Position numbers and translations under genes: made by a program
The notes under the pieces: model-generated
What the model was told of the DNA's origin: nothing
The model's input: the letters and a program-made list of their open reading frames with translations, nothing else
Databases searched by the model: none
Part shown: in pieces, positions 36,884 to 45,574 of the stretch
How positions within the stretch are numbered: position 1 is the stretch's first letter
Layout: every line of letters starts with the position of its first letter
DNA from: an uncultured Nitrososphaerota archaeon
GTDB lineage: Archaea > Korarchaeota > Korarchaeia > Korarchaeales > Korarchaeaceae
DNA length: 46,508 bases
NCBI GenBank assembly: GCA_964594835.1
Contig: CAZQNA010000012.1
Location: 1-46,508 of the forward strand
Direction of reading: 5' to 3'

Positions 36884-37486
36884 ATGCCCTCGGTGGGGGA
36901 GATAACCAAGGTGATAGACCACTGCTACGCCAAACTCAGGGAGCTCGAAGACGTGAGGGAAGCCTCCATCCACCTCTCGCGGGAGGCCCTGAGGGACGCC
37001 AGGAGGGCCATCTCGCTCGCCCACCGCGGGGAACTAGCTGAGGCCGAGGGGATCCTTATGGCGGCCCTCTCAAGGCGTTCAGAGTTTCTCGAGGGCGTGG
37101 GGCCGGGTGCTCGAAGCCTGGCCATCACAACGCTCGCCCAGTCGACACAGGAACTCGTCGAGGCGCTCCTCCTGGTTAAGATGCTCTCCGGGGGAGAGCT
37201 TCCCTCCCCGGAGGATCTCGGGGTGGGCTGCCGGGAGTACGTGCTTGGCCTGGCCGACGCGGCCCTCGAACTCAGGAGGGCTGCCCTCAACTCCCTCAGC
37301 AGGGGGGACCCGGATTCGGCCCGGAGGCTGGTGGAACTCATGGAGGCCCTCCTGGACCGGCTCTCCCTCTTGGTCTTCCCGGATTCTCTGCTCCCGGTGA
37401 GGCACAAGATCGACACCCTCAGGGCACTAATAGACCGGACGAGGTCCGATATACTCTGTTCTGCTGGGAGGGGAGGGAGCCCTTGA
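36884..37486 (+). CDS. Translin/TRAX family protein
   Basis: RE.SI..SR, QELVEA, YVLGLAD...ELRR, RHKID. Confidence 0.88.
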   Translation: MPSVGEITKVIDHCYAKLRELEDVREASIHLSREALRDARRAISLAHRGELAEAEGILMAALSRRSEFLEGVGPGARSLAITTLAQSTQELVEALLLVKMLSGGELPSPEDLGVGCREYVLGLADAALELRRAALNSLSRGDPDSARRLVELMEALLDRLSLLVFPDSLLPVRHKIDTLRALIDRTRSDILCSAGRGGSP

Positions 37487-38178
37487 AGGGCAGACAGGCG
37501 GCAAGGATGACTTACTTCCTGATTTCGATGGCCAGGCTCGGGGCGGTTCAGGCCCCTGTGGAGGTCACGAAGCTGAAGGTGGAGATGGGCCTCCCGAGGA
37601 CCACGCTGGCCAGGTGGATAGCGGAGGCCAAGGCTCAGGGGCTAGTGGAGGTCCGCGCGGAGGGCAAGGTCAAGAGCGTCGCCTTCACGGACAAGGGCCG
37701 CGAGATCCTGAGGAAGCTCTCGGAGGACCTGCACCTGGCCTTTGAGGAACTCGAATCCCCGACGGAGATCACCGGCGTCGTCTTCAGCGGCATGGGCGAG
37801 GGAGCCTACTACGTGACCAGGGAGGGGTACAAGAGGGAGTTCATCAGGCTCCTGGGTTACGAGCCCTTCCCTGGCACCCTCAACCTCAGGGTGACGTCCG
37901 CCAGGGACCTGGAGGCCATAAGGAGGTGGAGGGTCTCCTCGAACCCCCTCATCATCCCCCCCTTCAGGGAGGGGGGAAGGACCTTTGGCGCGGTGAAGAT
38001 ATACGGGGTCTCCATCCCGAACTTCAACGGCCCGGTTCACGCCATATTTGCGGAGAGGCGCCACTACGGGGATGACGTCATTGAGTTGATATCCCCTGAG
38101 AACTTGAGGGAGTCGCTGGAACTCAGGGACGGAGACCCCCTCGTGGTCCGCCTCCTCTCAACCGGGGCTGGTAAGTAG
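37483..38178 (+). CDS. ribK: CTP-dependent riboflavin kinase with N-terminal HTH (RbkR type)
   Basis: HTH N-domain; SGMGEGAYY, PFPGTLN, ELISP.NLR. Confidence 0.93.
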   Translation: MKGRQAARMTYFLISMARLGAVQAPVEVTKLKVEMGLPRTTLARWIAEAKAQGLVEVRAEGKVKSVAFTDKGREILRKLSEDLHLAFEELESPTEITGVVFSGMGEGAYYVTREGYKREFIRLLGYEPFPGTLNLRVTSARDLEAIRRWRVSSNPLIIPPFREGGRTFGAVKIYGVSIPNFNGPVHAIFAERRHYGDDVIELISPENLRESLELRDGDPLVVRLLSTGAGK

Positions 38179-38186
38179 TTCGAGGT

Positions 38187-38262
38187 TGGTGGGCCGGGTG
38201 GGACTCGAACCCACGACCTCCGCCGTGTGAGGGCGGCGTCATAGCCGCTAGACCACCGGCCC
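38187..38262 (-). tRNA. tRNA-Val(CAC), CCA encoded
   Basis: Same body as tRNA-Val(GAC); CCGCC-CT-CAC-AC-GGCGG; TATTAA at 38290. Confidence 0.97.
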
Positions 38263-38307
38263 CCTCGGCCCGACCACCGGGTCGGCGAGTATTAAGCTCT
38301 ACTGTCT

Positions 38308-38382
38308 GCGGCGGGGGGTCACTACTCAAGATCCTCCTCCTTCGGGACTCAGCGGCTTCTCTAGCTCATCCCTCCCCGCCGC
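38308..38382 (-). ncRNA. Candidate box C/D sRNA guiding tRNA wobble C34 methylation
   Basis: 9-bp terminal stem, C GGGAUGA, 13-nt guide, D' CUGA, C' AGGAGGA, 12-nt guide GGAUCUUGAGUA, D GUGA; TATTTAATA about 25 nt upstream. Confidence 0.72.
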
Positions 38383-38436
38383 TCCCTCAGTGCCAGCCTG
38401 AGGATATTAAATACGGCCGACCCCCCGCCCTCCGAG

Positions 38437-38838
38437 ATGGATCGCAGGGGGTTGATCAGGGCATTCGCCGAGGGCTTGATCGAGATCCACCGGGGCGGAG
38501 ACAGGATGAAGGTGCTCGAGTCCCTGCAGGCAGCCCTGAGGGAGGCAGAGGGTGAGAGCCTGATCTCGGAAGGTGAGCTCGCGGCCCTCAGGGGCGTCCT
38601 GGAGTCGATAAAGGGGAAGTGGTCCTCCTCACTCCCTAGCAAGCTCATCGCGTCCGCGGACGACCCAGACCTCCTCAGGCTCCTTCAGGCCAGGCTCAGG
38701 TCCTGGCCTGAGGATATAACGGAGCTGACGACTAGGGAGAAGGAGTATCTCACCCTCTGGTCGGAGCTCATATCAGAGCTTCTCCTCGTGCTTGAGGCGT
38801 CTGATCAGGTCATCCAGGCCGGGGAGACCTCTCAGTGA
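38437..38838 (+). CDS. Hypothetical helical protein (weak GINS-like resemblance)
   Basis: 133-aa ORF 24 nt after TATTAAATA; LTTREKEY motif. Confidence 0.6.
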   Translation: MDRRGLIRAFAEGLIEIHRGGDRMKVLESLQAALREAEGESLISEGELAALRGVLESIKGKWSSSLPSKLIASADDPDLLRLLQARLRSWPEDITELTTREKEYLTLWSELISELLLVLEASDQVIQAGETSQ

Positions 38839-39925
38839 CGATGTACCTTCCAGATCGATCTCTCCTAACGATCCCCGACCTCTCCAGCTCCCTCATTATG
38901 GTGAGGGCCTCAACGACCCCCACCTCGAGGGCAGAGGCCGCCTCCCTCAGCGTGAATGGGCCCCGCCTCCTGTAGAGCTCCACGAGCTCCCGTGGTGTGG
39001 GGGGTCCTCTCCCCGCCACCCTGGCGGGTTCTCTGCCGCCTCCAAGTACTTCAAGCATCCTGGCCTCGTCGATGGCCACCTTCCCCCCCTCCCCGACGGT
39101 CACGTGAGAGAGGAGGGACCGTGCGATCCTGATCATGGATCTGGGGTTGTACCCGGCCTTCTCGGCAATCAGCCTCACGACCCTCTCCGTGAAGGGGTAG
39201 TAGGGGTTGATCGGGGTCCTATCCTCGACCCTGTAGTGGGCCATCCTCCTCTTGATGATCTCCTGAGCGGCCTCGGGGGAGACCGGACCTACCCGGAGGA
39301 TCCTTGCCCCAAGCCTCTCGAGGAAGGACCCTATCGCCCTGATGGCGTCTGGGACGCAGGCGATCAGTATGACCTTCCCTCCCTCCAGCCTCTGGTGCAG
39401 CTCTCGAAGGAACCTCGCGAATGCGACCGCATCCTTTCTGGTCCCCATGAGGACGTTCTCGATCTCGTCCAGCATGAGCAGGACCCGGTCCCTCCTGTTG
39501 AGCTCCAGCGCCACCTCTTTTGCGACTCGCACCGGATCGGAGAGGCCCTCCTCGGCCCTCCTCAGCAGGATCTTGTCAAGGATCCCCGATCTTATCGCCC
39601 CAACAATCGACCTCGCCACGTCTGCCCAGTCGTCTGAGTCGATCTTCACGTAGATGCGTTCGGCCCAGTTTATCTGCTCGGCGAGGAACCTGAGCCTCTG
39701 GGTTTTTCCGCTTCCAAACTCCCCGACCAGCACCACCACGGCCTTCTCTTCCTTCTCCAGGGCTTTCACGACGATCTCCCTGAGCTCCCTGTCCAGGTCA
39801 GTCTCCACGTGAAAGGGAGAGACCTCGTCGAGCCCCTCGCTGGAGAGCTGTGCAAAGGGATTCCCTACGAGCAGCCACTTGAGATATCCGGCCTGGGCCC
39901 CCCGCGAAGCGCTCAATTTGTCCAC
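38810..39925 (-). CDS. AAA+/P-loop ATPase with C-terminal winged helix
   Basis: N-terminal NPF, GEFGSGKT, LMLDEIE, YPFT...NPR, FTLREAASAL HTH. Confidence 0.85.
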   Translation of the reverse strand: MDKLSASRGAQAGYLKWLLVGNPFAQLSSEGLDEVSPFHVETDLDRELREIVVKALEKEEKAVVVLVGEFGSGKTQRLRFLAEQINWAERIYVKIDSDDWADVARSIVGAIRSGILDKILLRRAEEGLSDPVRVAKEVALELNRRDRVLLMLDEIENVLMGTRKDAVAFARFLRELHQRLEGGKVILIACVPDAIRAIGSFLERLGARILRVGPVSPEAAQEIIKRRMAHYRVEDRTPINPYYPFTERVVRLIAEKAGYNPRSMIRIARSLLSHVTVGEGGKVAIDEARMLEVLGGGREPARVAGRGPPTPRELVELYRRRGPFTLREAASALEVGVVEALTIMRELERSGIVRRDRSGRYIVTERSPRPG

Positions 39926-40034
39926 TCAGATGTGCTGGCCGGGCGCCCCTAATATATCATCGCAACTCGGCGGCTTACTGCCCCTCGACGCGGATCAATA
40001 CCTTTAATTATCTGAGAAGCCCCTCTCGTCCGAG

Positions 40035-41048
40035 ATGAGTCCCAGATACGCGTGTCTAACCCTCACAATTGCCATCGTGGCTCTCGGGGTATTCACGGGC
40101 GCCCCACCCCGGGTGAGGGTGGCCCTCGCCGCGCCGACGACCCCCTACTATTACAGGGTAGACGTGCTCATCACGTTCAACTCCCCGGACGCCGCAGCAG
40201 TCACGGTCGAGCAGAGCCTTTACGGGGATCTCGCCATCTCCCTGAGGCAGTCCATAGAGTCGGTCGGAGAGGAAGTCTACTTGGACTCGGTGTCCTCCAT
40301 AATCAAGTCTGAGGTGGGAAACAGGACCCTGATAGCGGGTAAGTACGACTTCGCCCTGGATGGAGACCCTAAGGTCAGGGTGCAGTACGCAGGAGGAGAG
40401 CTTCCCCTGGCCAAGATAACCATCGACCTCACCCTCAGGGGCGTCGAGTCTCCCGAGGGGACCAAGGCCATGATGTACCTGATGGACTCCGACCACCCGT
40501 GGCTATACCAGCTCTACACTCAACCTATCCTCGTCAGGCTGGGCAACACCAGCGCCGTGGTCCCGATCCACGAACTCAATCTGACCGTGATACTCCCCCC
40601 AGGCTACTGCGTTGAGACCGGCGGGCCGAGGGCGACGAGCGTCAAGCTGCTGGGCGACTACCCGAATCAGAGGGTCGTCCTCAACTGGCACGTCACCAAC
40701 CCGAGGGTTGAGAGCAGAGGGACCTCTACCGGAAGCTTCGGCCCCCTCTACTTCATACTGGACACCCCCGACGAGTCGACGGCTTCAAGGCTGGGGGAGA
40801 TCCAGTCGACCATCCAGAGATCGGCCCTCTCCTCGGAAGAGGCCGAGAGGCTTCTGGCCGACCTTGGCTCTGCCAGGGAGGCCCTGCTGGAGTTCTGCTC
40901 GATCAACCAGACACTGCTGGACTCACTCGAGGCCCGGGCATCAGGCTCTACGGGAGGAGGCGCGGGGACCCTGCCCGTCTGGGCGGCCTCAATCGGGGTG
41001 GCCGCGCTGCTCTTCGCCGCCTCGGCCCTCCTGCTGAGGCGGCGATAA
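40035..41048 (+). CDS. Secreted, C-terminally membrane-anchored surface protein
   Basis: Signal-peptide-like N-terminus, beta-rich body with N-x-S/T sequons, Gly/Ser linker, TM helix and RRR tail. Confidence 0.82.
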   Translation: MSPRYACLTLTIAIVALGVFTGAPPRVRVALAAPTTPYYYRVDVLITFNSPDAAAVTVEQSLYGDLAISLRQSIESVGEEVYLDSVSSIIKSEVGNRTLIAGKYDFALDGDPKVRVQYAGGELPLAKITIDLTLRGVESPEGTKAMMYLMDSDHPWLYQLYTQPILVRLGNTSAVVPIHELNLTVILPPGYCVETGGPRATSVKLLGDYPNQRVVLNWHVTNPRVESRGTSTGSFGPLYFILDTPDESTASRLGEIQSTIQRSALSSEEAERLLADLGSAREALLEFCSINQTLLDSLEARASGSTGGGAGTLPVWAASIGVAALLFAASALLLRRR

Positions 41049-41140
41049 AACTTTCACCCAGCTGCTCCACAGATGGATCTACCCGCGAAAATATTATCTC
41101 GCCCCCGCGAGGGCCTCGGGGGTCGCCTCTGGGAGCCATA

Positions 41141-42277
41141 GTGCGCGAGGAATACAAGCTCTCCCACGGCTACAACCCTCCTAGGCTCCCCCACAGGGAG
41201 GAGGAGCTGAACAGGATACGCCACGCCCTCGAGACGGGTTCTGGCCCCCTCTTCATCTACGGGAAGACGGGCGTCGGCAAGACCACGGTATCTGTAAACG
41301 CCGCCAATTCGGTCAGCAAGTCGACCGTCCCCCCCGCGTACGTCAACTGCTCCTTCTACAGAACCGCGTCAAGGGTCTTGTCGGAGGTAATCCGTCAGCT
41401 GAGCAGCGGGATGCCTGAGAGGGGAATCTCCTTTCACGACAGGCTGTCCCTGCTGGAGACGATAGTGGCGGACCTCGACGGGCGGGTGACCATAATTCTG
41501 GACGAAGTTCAGGACCTCAAGGGGGGAGGGGAGCTCCTGTACTCTCTCCTGAGGCTCCACGAGGGTGGTCGGGCGCCCCCGCTCGGCAGGCTGGTGGTGA
41601 TATGCAGGGAGGAGTCTCGCCCCCAGTTCCTGGCCGAGAGATCCACCCTCAGCTTCTTCACCCTCAGGATGAGGTTCAGGCCGTACACGCAGGATCAGCT
41701 CCTAGACATACTGAGGGCCCGGGCCAGTGAGGCCCTGAGGCCCGGCTCCTTCTCTGACGACGCCCTCAGGGAGATAGCCCGACTAACCGCCGCCTATCAG
41801 GAGGGCAACGCCCGGTACGCTCTCTCCCTCCTGAAGGCGGCCGCCCTCCTGGCCGAGAGTGAGGGCTCCCTCGTGCTGGACGTCGACCACGTCCGACGCG
41901 CGGAGGAGGACGCGGAGGTTGCCGCAGTCGATCTCTCCATCTTGGAGGGACTGGACCTCCACAACCAGCTGATACTCCTCGCGGTCGCCAGGCTTCAGTC
42001 GGCCAGCGAGAGGTGGGTGACCACGGGGGCGCTCGAGGAGGAGTACCACGTTGTGGCCGAGGGCTATGGAGTTCCCCCCCTCAAGCACACCGCGACCTGG
42101 AGGAGGATCAAGGAGCTGGGGACCCTCGGCGTGTTTGAGATCCGCAGATCCGGGAAGGGGCTGAGAGGCCAGACGACCCTCATATCGCTAAGGGTCAATC
42201 CAGAAGAACTCTCAAGCGTGGTTGAGGCCATCTTGGACAGGAAGGTCGGCCGGTGGCCCATCAAGACGGCGCCCTGA
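41141..42277 (+). CDS. cdc6: Orc1/Cdc6 paralogue (Orc1-2-like)
   Basis: PPRLPHREEE, GKTGVGKT, YVNC, ILDE, GNARYAL, HT.TW...SGKGLRGQTTLI. Confidence 0.92.
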   Translation: MREEYKLSHGYNPPRLPHREEELNRIRHALETGSGPLFIYGKTGVGKTTVSVNAANSVSKSTVPPAYVNCSFYRTASRVLSEVIRQLSSGMPERGISFHDRLSLLETIVADLDGRVTIILDEVQDLKGGGELLYSLLRLHEGGRAPPLGRLVVICREESRPQFLAERSTLSFFTLRMRFRPYTQDQLLDILRARASEALRPGSFSDDALREIARLTAAYQEGNARYALSLLKAAALLAESEGSLVLDVDHVRRAEEDAEVAAVDLSILEGLDLHNQLILLAVARLQSASERWVTTGALEEEYHVVAEGYGVPPLKHTATWRRIKELGTLGVFEIRRSGKGLRGQTTLISLRVNPEELSSVVEAILDRKVGRWPIKTAP

Positions 42278-43517
42278 CGTGCTCCAGGGCCGACCTGAGC
42301 AGGTCAGGGTCCAGCCCATGCCTCCTCGCGAACTCCTCTATCTTCCCGGGCCTGTCTCCCAGCGCCGCCTTGATCAGAGGCAGGATCTCCCGACTAACCA
42401 CCCGAGAGGAGACGTGATACCTCTTGGCCAGCTGGAGGGAGACCTCCCTGAGCACCCTCCTGGACTGGACCGTCGCCGAGGCCTGCTTGACCCAGGCCGG
42501 GAATGAGAACTTGACGTATCCCGTCTCCTCTCCCGTGGACAACTTAGCCGAGCAAACGCCCAAGGTCGCCATCTCGCTCGCGTAGCTCAGGAGCCTCCAG
42601 TTCTGAGTCCTGACTATCCTCCCCATGAAGACATCCGAGCGTGAGAGGTACTCGTAGGCCAGCGTCAGCGTCCGAGGAGTCTTGTAGACCAGGGGCGTGT
42701 TCTCCTCAACCCACCTGAGGATCATGTCCGGGTCCACGTCAACGTTCATGGTCATCCAAGCCGCGCTCCTGCAGCTCTTCCCGAGGAATATCGCCCTCAT
42801 CAACTCGAATATGTTCCGCTCGACGTCCCTCGTCCCCAGCACCCTCCCCAGAGAGGCCGAGAGTTCCCGGGAACCCTTGGCAACGGCCTCTAAGTCGTTT
42901 ATGGCGGCCCTCAGGTCTCCCTTCGAGTTCCGCGCAACAGACTTCAGGACCTCCTCGGAGATCCTCAGCCCCTCGCGCTGGGCGATCCTCCTGAGGACGG
43001 AGTAGACGGTGGTCCACCGCAGCCGGGTGAATTGCACCATGGTCGTGAGCCCCCTGAGCTGGGCGAGACCCTGCTCGTAGGGGTCGTTGGCGGTCAGAAT
43101 GATGGGGGCCTGGGCTCTCTTCAGTATCTCTCTCATGATCGAAGCTATCGTCCGCGCCTCCGATGGGAGCGCGTCTATCTCATCGAACAGGATCAGTCTC
43201 CTCCTTCCCGTGAAGAGGGAGCGGGCCGACAGCCCCTCCAATATCTTGGACAGGTGCTCCCTGTTCCTCACGTCGCTGGCGTTCACCTCTATTACGTCCA
43301 TGTCGAGTTCTCTGGCCGCGGCATAGGCGGCAGAGGTCTTCCCCGTCCCCGGCGGGCCGTAGAGGAGCAGGGGCTTGACCTTCTTTCCGGCCTTGACGCT
43401 CTCTATCCACTTCCTGATGGCCTCAACGGCCCTCTTCTGCCCGACTATGTCGTCCAAGCTCATCGGGCGGTACTTCTCGGTCCAGGGAATCCTCTCCCCC
43501 TCGGCGGCCCCGCTCAA
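42261..43517 (-). CDS. rfcL: Replication factor C large subunit
   Basis: PWTEKYRP, GPPGTGKT, EVNASDVR, GDLRAAINDL, WVEEN. Confidence 0.96.
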   Translation of the reverse strand: MSGAAEGERIPWTEKYRPMSLDDIVGQKRAVEAIRKWIESVKAGKKVKPLLLYGPPGTGKTSAAYAAARELDMDVIEVNASDVRNREHLSKILEGLSARSLFTGRRRLILFDEIDALPSEARTIASIMREILKRAQAPIILTANDPYEQGLAQLRGLTTMVQFTRLRWTTVYSVLRRIAQREGLRISEEVLKSVARNSKGDLRAAINDLEAVAKGSRELSASLGRVLGTRDVERNIFELMRAIFLGKSCRSAAWMTMNVDVDPDMILRWVEENTPLVYKTPRTLTLAYEYLSRSDVFMGRIVRTQNWRLLSYASEMATLGVCSAKLSTGEETGYVKFSFPAWVKQASATVQSRRVLREVSLQLAKRYHVSSRVVSREILPLIKAALGDRPGKIEEFARRHGLDPDLLRSALEHVRAPS

Positions 43518-44482
43518 GACCTCCCACCCACCGCCGCCAGCTTGGCAAGGAGGGCGGAGAGCTGGATGTCACCGTGAGATCCCTCAGTCAGCCTGAAGTC
43601 CGCCTCCCCTATGTGGTATGCCAGCTCCGCCTTGACCGCGTCGCTCAAGTTCGGCAGGGCCATTATCTCCCTGTGGAGCTGCCTCACGATGTCCTCCGCC
43701 GACATCCCGTACGCTATCATCAGGTCCCTCAGGGTCGCCCTCGCCTTCATGAAGTCCCCCTTGAGGGCGAGCTGAATCATATCCCTCACCTCCTGCGGGC
43801 TGGCTATCCCGGCCACCTTGTAGACGAGGGTGGCGTCGACGACCCCTCCAAACGCCGACGCCGTCTGGAGGAGGTTTATCGCCCTCCTCAGGTCTCCCTC
43901 CGCGACGTACACTATCGCGTCGAGTCCCTCCTCCTCGTACTTCACCTCCTCCCTCTCTGCGATGAATCTCAGCCTCTCCTTTATCGCCTCGTCGGGCAGG
44001 GGATTGAATCTGAAGACCGCCGTCCTGGACTGTATGGGCTCTATGATCTTGGAGGAGTAGTTGCACGCAAGTATGAATCGGACGTTGTCTGAGTACAGCT
44101 CCATTACCCTTCTGAGGGCGTGTTGCGCGTCGGCAGTCATGCTGTCGGCCTCGTCCAGGTGTATTATCTTGAAGGGGGCGTCCCCGAAGGGCATGGCCCT
44201 AGCGAAGTCCTTCACCTTCGTCCGGATCGTGTCTATCCCCCTCTCGTCCGAGGCGTTGAGCTCGAGATAGTTCCTCCTGAAGGCCTCACCCTCGCCGAAG
44301 AGTTCGTGGGCCACGGCTATGGCGGTCGTGGTCTTCCCCGTCCCCGCAGGTCCGGCGAAGAGCAGGTGGGGTATTGACCCCCTGGAGACGAACCCCTTGA
44401 GGGCCTCCACAACCTCCTCTTGATCGACCACGTCGTCCAATTTCTTCGGTCGGTACTTCTCGATCCAGAGTTCTAGCGCCAA
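43514..44482 (-). CDS. rfcS: Replication factor C small subunit
   Basis: WIEKYRP, GPAGTGKT, ELNASDERG, LDEAD, IQSRT. Confidence 0.98.
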   Translation of the reverse strand: MALELWIEKYRPKKLDDVVDQEEVVEALKGFVSRGSIPHLLFAGPAGTGKTTTAIAVAHELFGEGEAFRRNYLELNASDERGIDTIRTKVKDFARAMPFGDAPFKIIHLDEADSMTADAQHALRRVMELYSDNVRFILACNYSSKIIEPIQSRTAVFRFNPLPDEAIKERLRFIAEREEVKYEEEGLDAIVYVAEGDLRRAINLLQTASAFGGVVDATLVYKVAGIASPQEVRDMIQLALKGDFMKARATLRDLMIAYGMSAEDIVRQLHREIMALPNLSDAVKAELAYHIGEADFRLTEGSHGDIQLSALLAKLAAVGGRS

Positions 44483-44591
44483 AACTCACCCCTCCACAAC
44501 TCACCCTACCGGGGCCCTCGGAAAATAATTAGGTGGCGGTCCCGCGGGGCGTCCTCACCTTTATAACTCCTGTCCCGGGGCGAGACGGGAT

Positions 44592-44810
44592 ATGTTCCCG
44601 GTAAGGTGCTTCACGTGCGGGGCCGTCATCGGCGACAAGTGGGAGGAGTACATATCCAGGGTGTCCCAGGGGGAGCCCCCCGGGAAGGTCCTGGACGACA
44701 TGGGCATCAAGAGGTACTGCTGCAGGAGGATGTTCCTCTCGCACGTCGACGTGAGCGACGAGCTGGTGAAGTTCGCCTCGATGGCGAAGCTGAAGATGGC
44801 CCCGCCGTGA
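44592..44810 (+). CDS. rpoN: RNA polymerase subunit Rpo10 (N)
   Basis: [15 protein letters not shown]. Confidence 0.98.
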   Translation: MFPVRCFTCGAVIGDKWEEYISRVSQGEPPGKVLDDMGIKRYCCRRMFLSHVDVSDELVKFASMAKLKMAPP

Positions 44811-44850
44811 GGGCCTGCCGAATGTTTATACGCCCCATGGGTCTGCGCGG

Positions 44851-45513
44851 GTGATGCGGAGAATGCCTGATGCGCGGGACGAGTTCATGTCCATACCAGT
44901 CGAGGACAAGGACCTCTTGGTTCCCAGGCAGAAGTACCTCTCGGCCGGAATACACGTGGGCACCAAGGTCAGGACGAGGGACATGGAGAGGTTCATCTAC
45001 AAGGTGCGGCCCGACGGCCTGTGCATGATAGACATAAGGAAGACCGACGAGAGGATCAGGGTCGCCGCCAAGTTCCTGGCCAGGATGGATCCCGAGAAGA
45101 TTCTGGTGGTCTCCGCCAGGATCTACGGATTCAAGCCGGTCAGGAAGTTCGCAGAGTACGTCGGGGCCAGGGCCATCACCGGCCGCATACTCCCCGGGCT
45201 CCTGACGAACCCCCAGTCCCCCTCCTACATCGAGCCGGAGGTGGTCCTCCTCTCCGACCCCAGAGTCGACAAGCAGATTCACGACGAGAGCGCGAAGGTA
45301 GGGATCCCCGTGGTGGCGCTGGTGGACGCCGACAACACGCTCGAGAACATAGACCTGGCCATACCCGCGAACAACAAGGGTAGGAGGTCTCTGGCCTTCA
45401 TATTCTGGCTCCTGGCCAGGGAGGTGCTGAGGGCCAGGGGAGATCTGCCCCCGGACGGCGAGCTGCCCGAGGGCTACGAGGCGTTCGCCACGAGGATCAT
45501 GGGCATCGTGTAG
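44851..45513 (+). CDS. rps2: 30S ribosomal protein uS2
   Basis: YLSAGIHVGT, IPANNKGRRSL; start could be ATG 44854 or 44863. Confidence 0.97.
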   Translation: MMRRMPDARDEFMSIPVEDKDLLVPRQKYLSAGIHVGTKVRTRDMERFIYKVRPDGLCMIDIRKTDERIRVAAKFLARMDPEKILVVSARIYGFKPVRKFAEYVGARAITGRILPGLLTNPQSPSYIEPEVVLLSDPRVDKQIHDESAKVGIPVVALVDADNTLENIDLAIPANNKGRRSLAFIFWLLAREVLRARGDLPPDGELPEGYEAFATRIMGIV

Positions 45514-45574
45514 GGCGCGGAGGATAGGGTGCGAACAGTTTTTCATTCGCCCTCCTCCCCAGGCAAGGAGCACC

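Noticed and set aside
30296-38262. Integrated element between tRNA-Val copies
   Set aside because: Copies are inverted, both intact with different anticodons; no integrase; enclosed genes are mostly housekeeping
38810-39925. BREX or Tn7-like system around the AAA+ ATPase
   Set aside because: No methylase, PglZ, transposase or TniQ partner nearby
42261-44482. Inteins in RFC genes
   Set aside because: Lengths are normal and motifs uninterrupted
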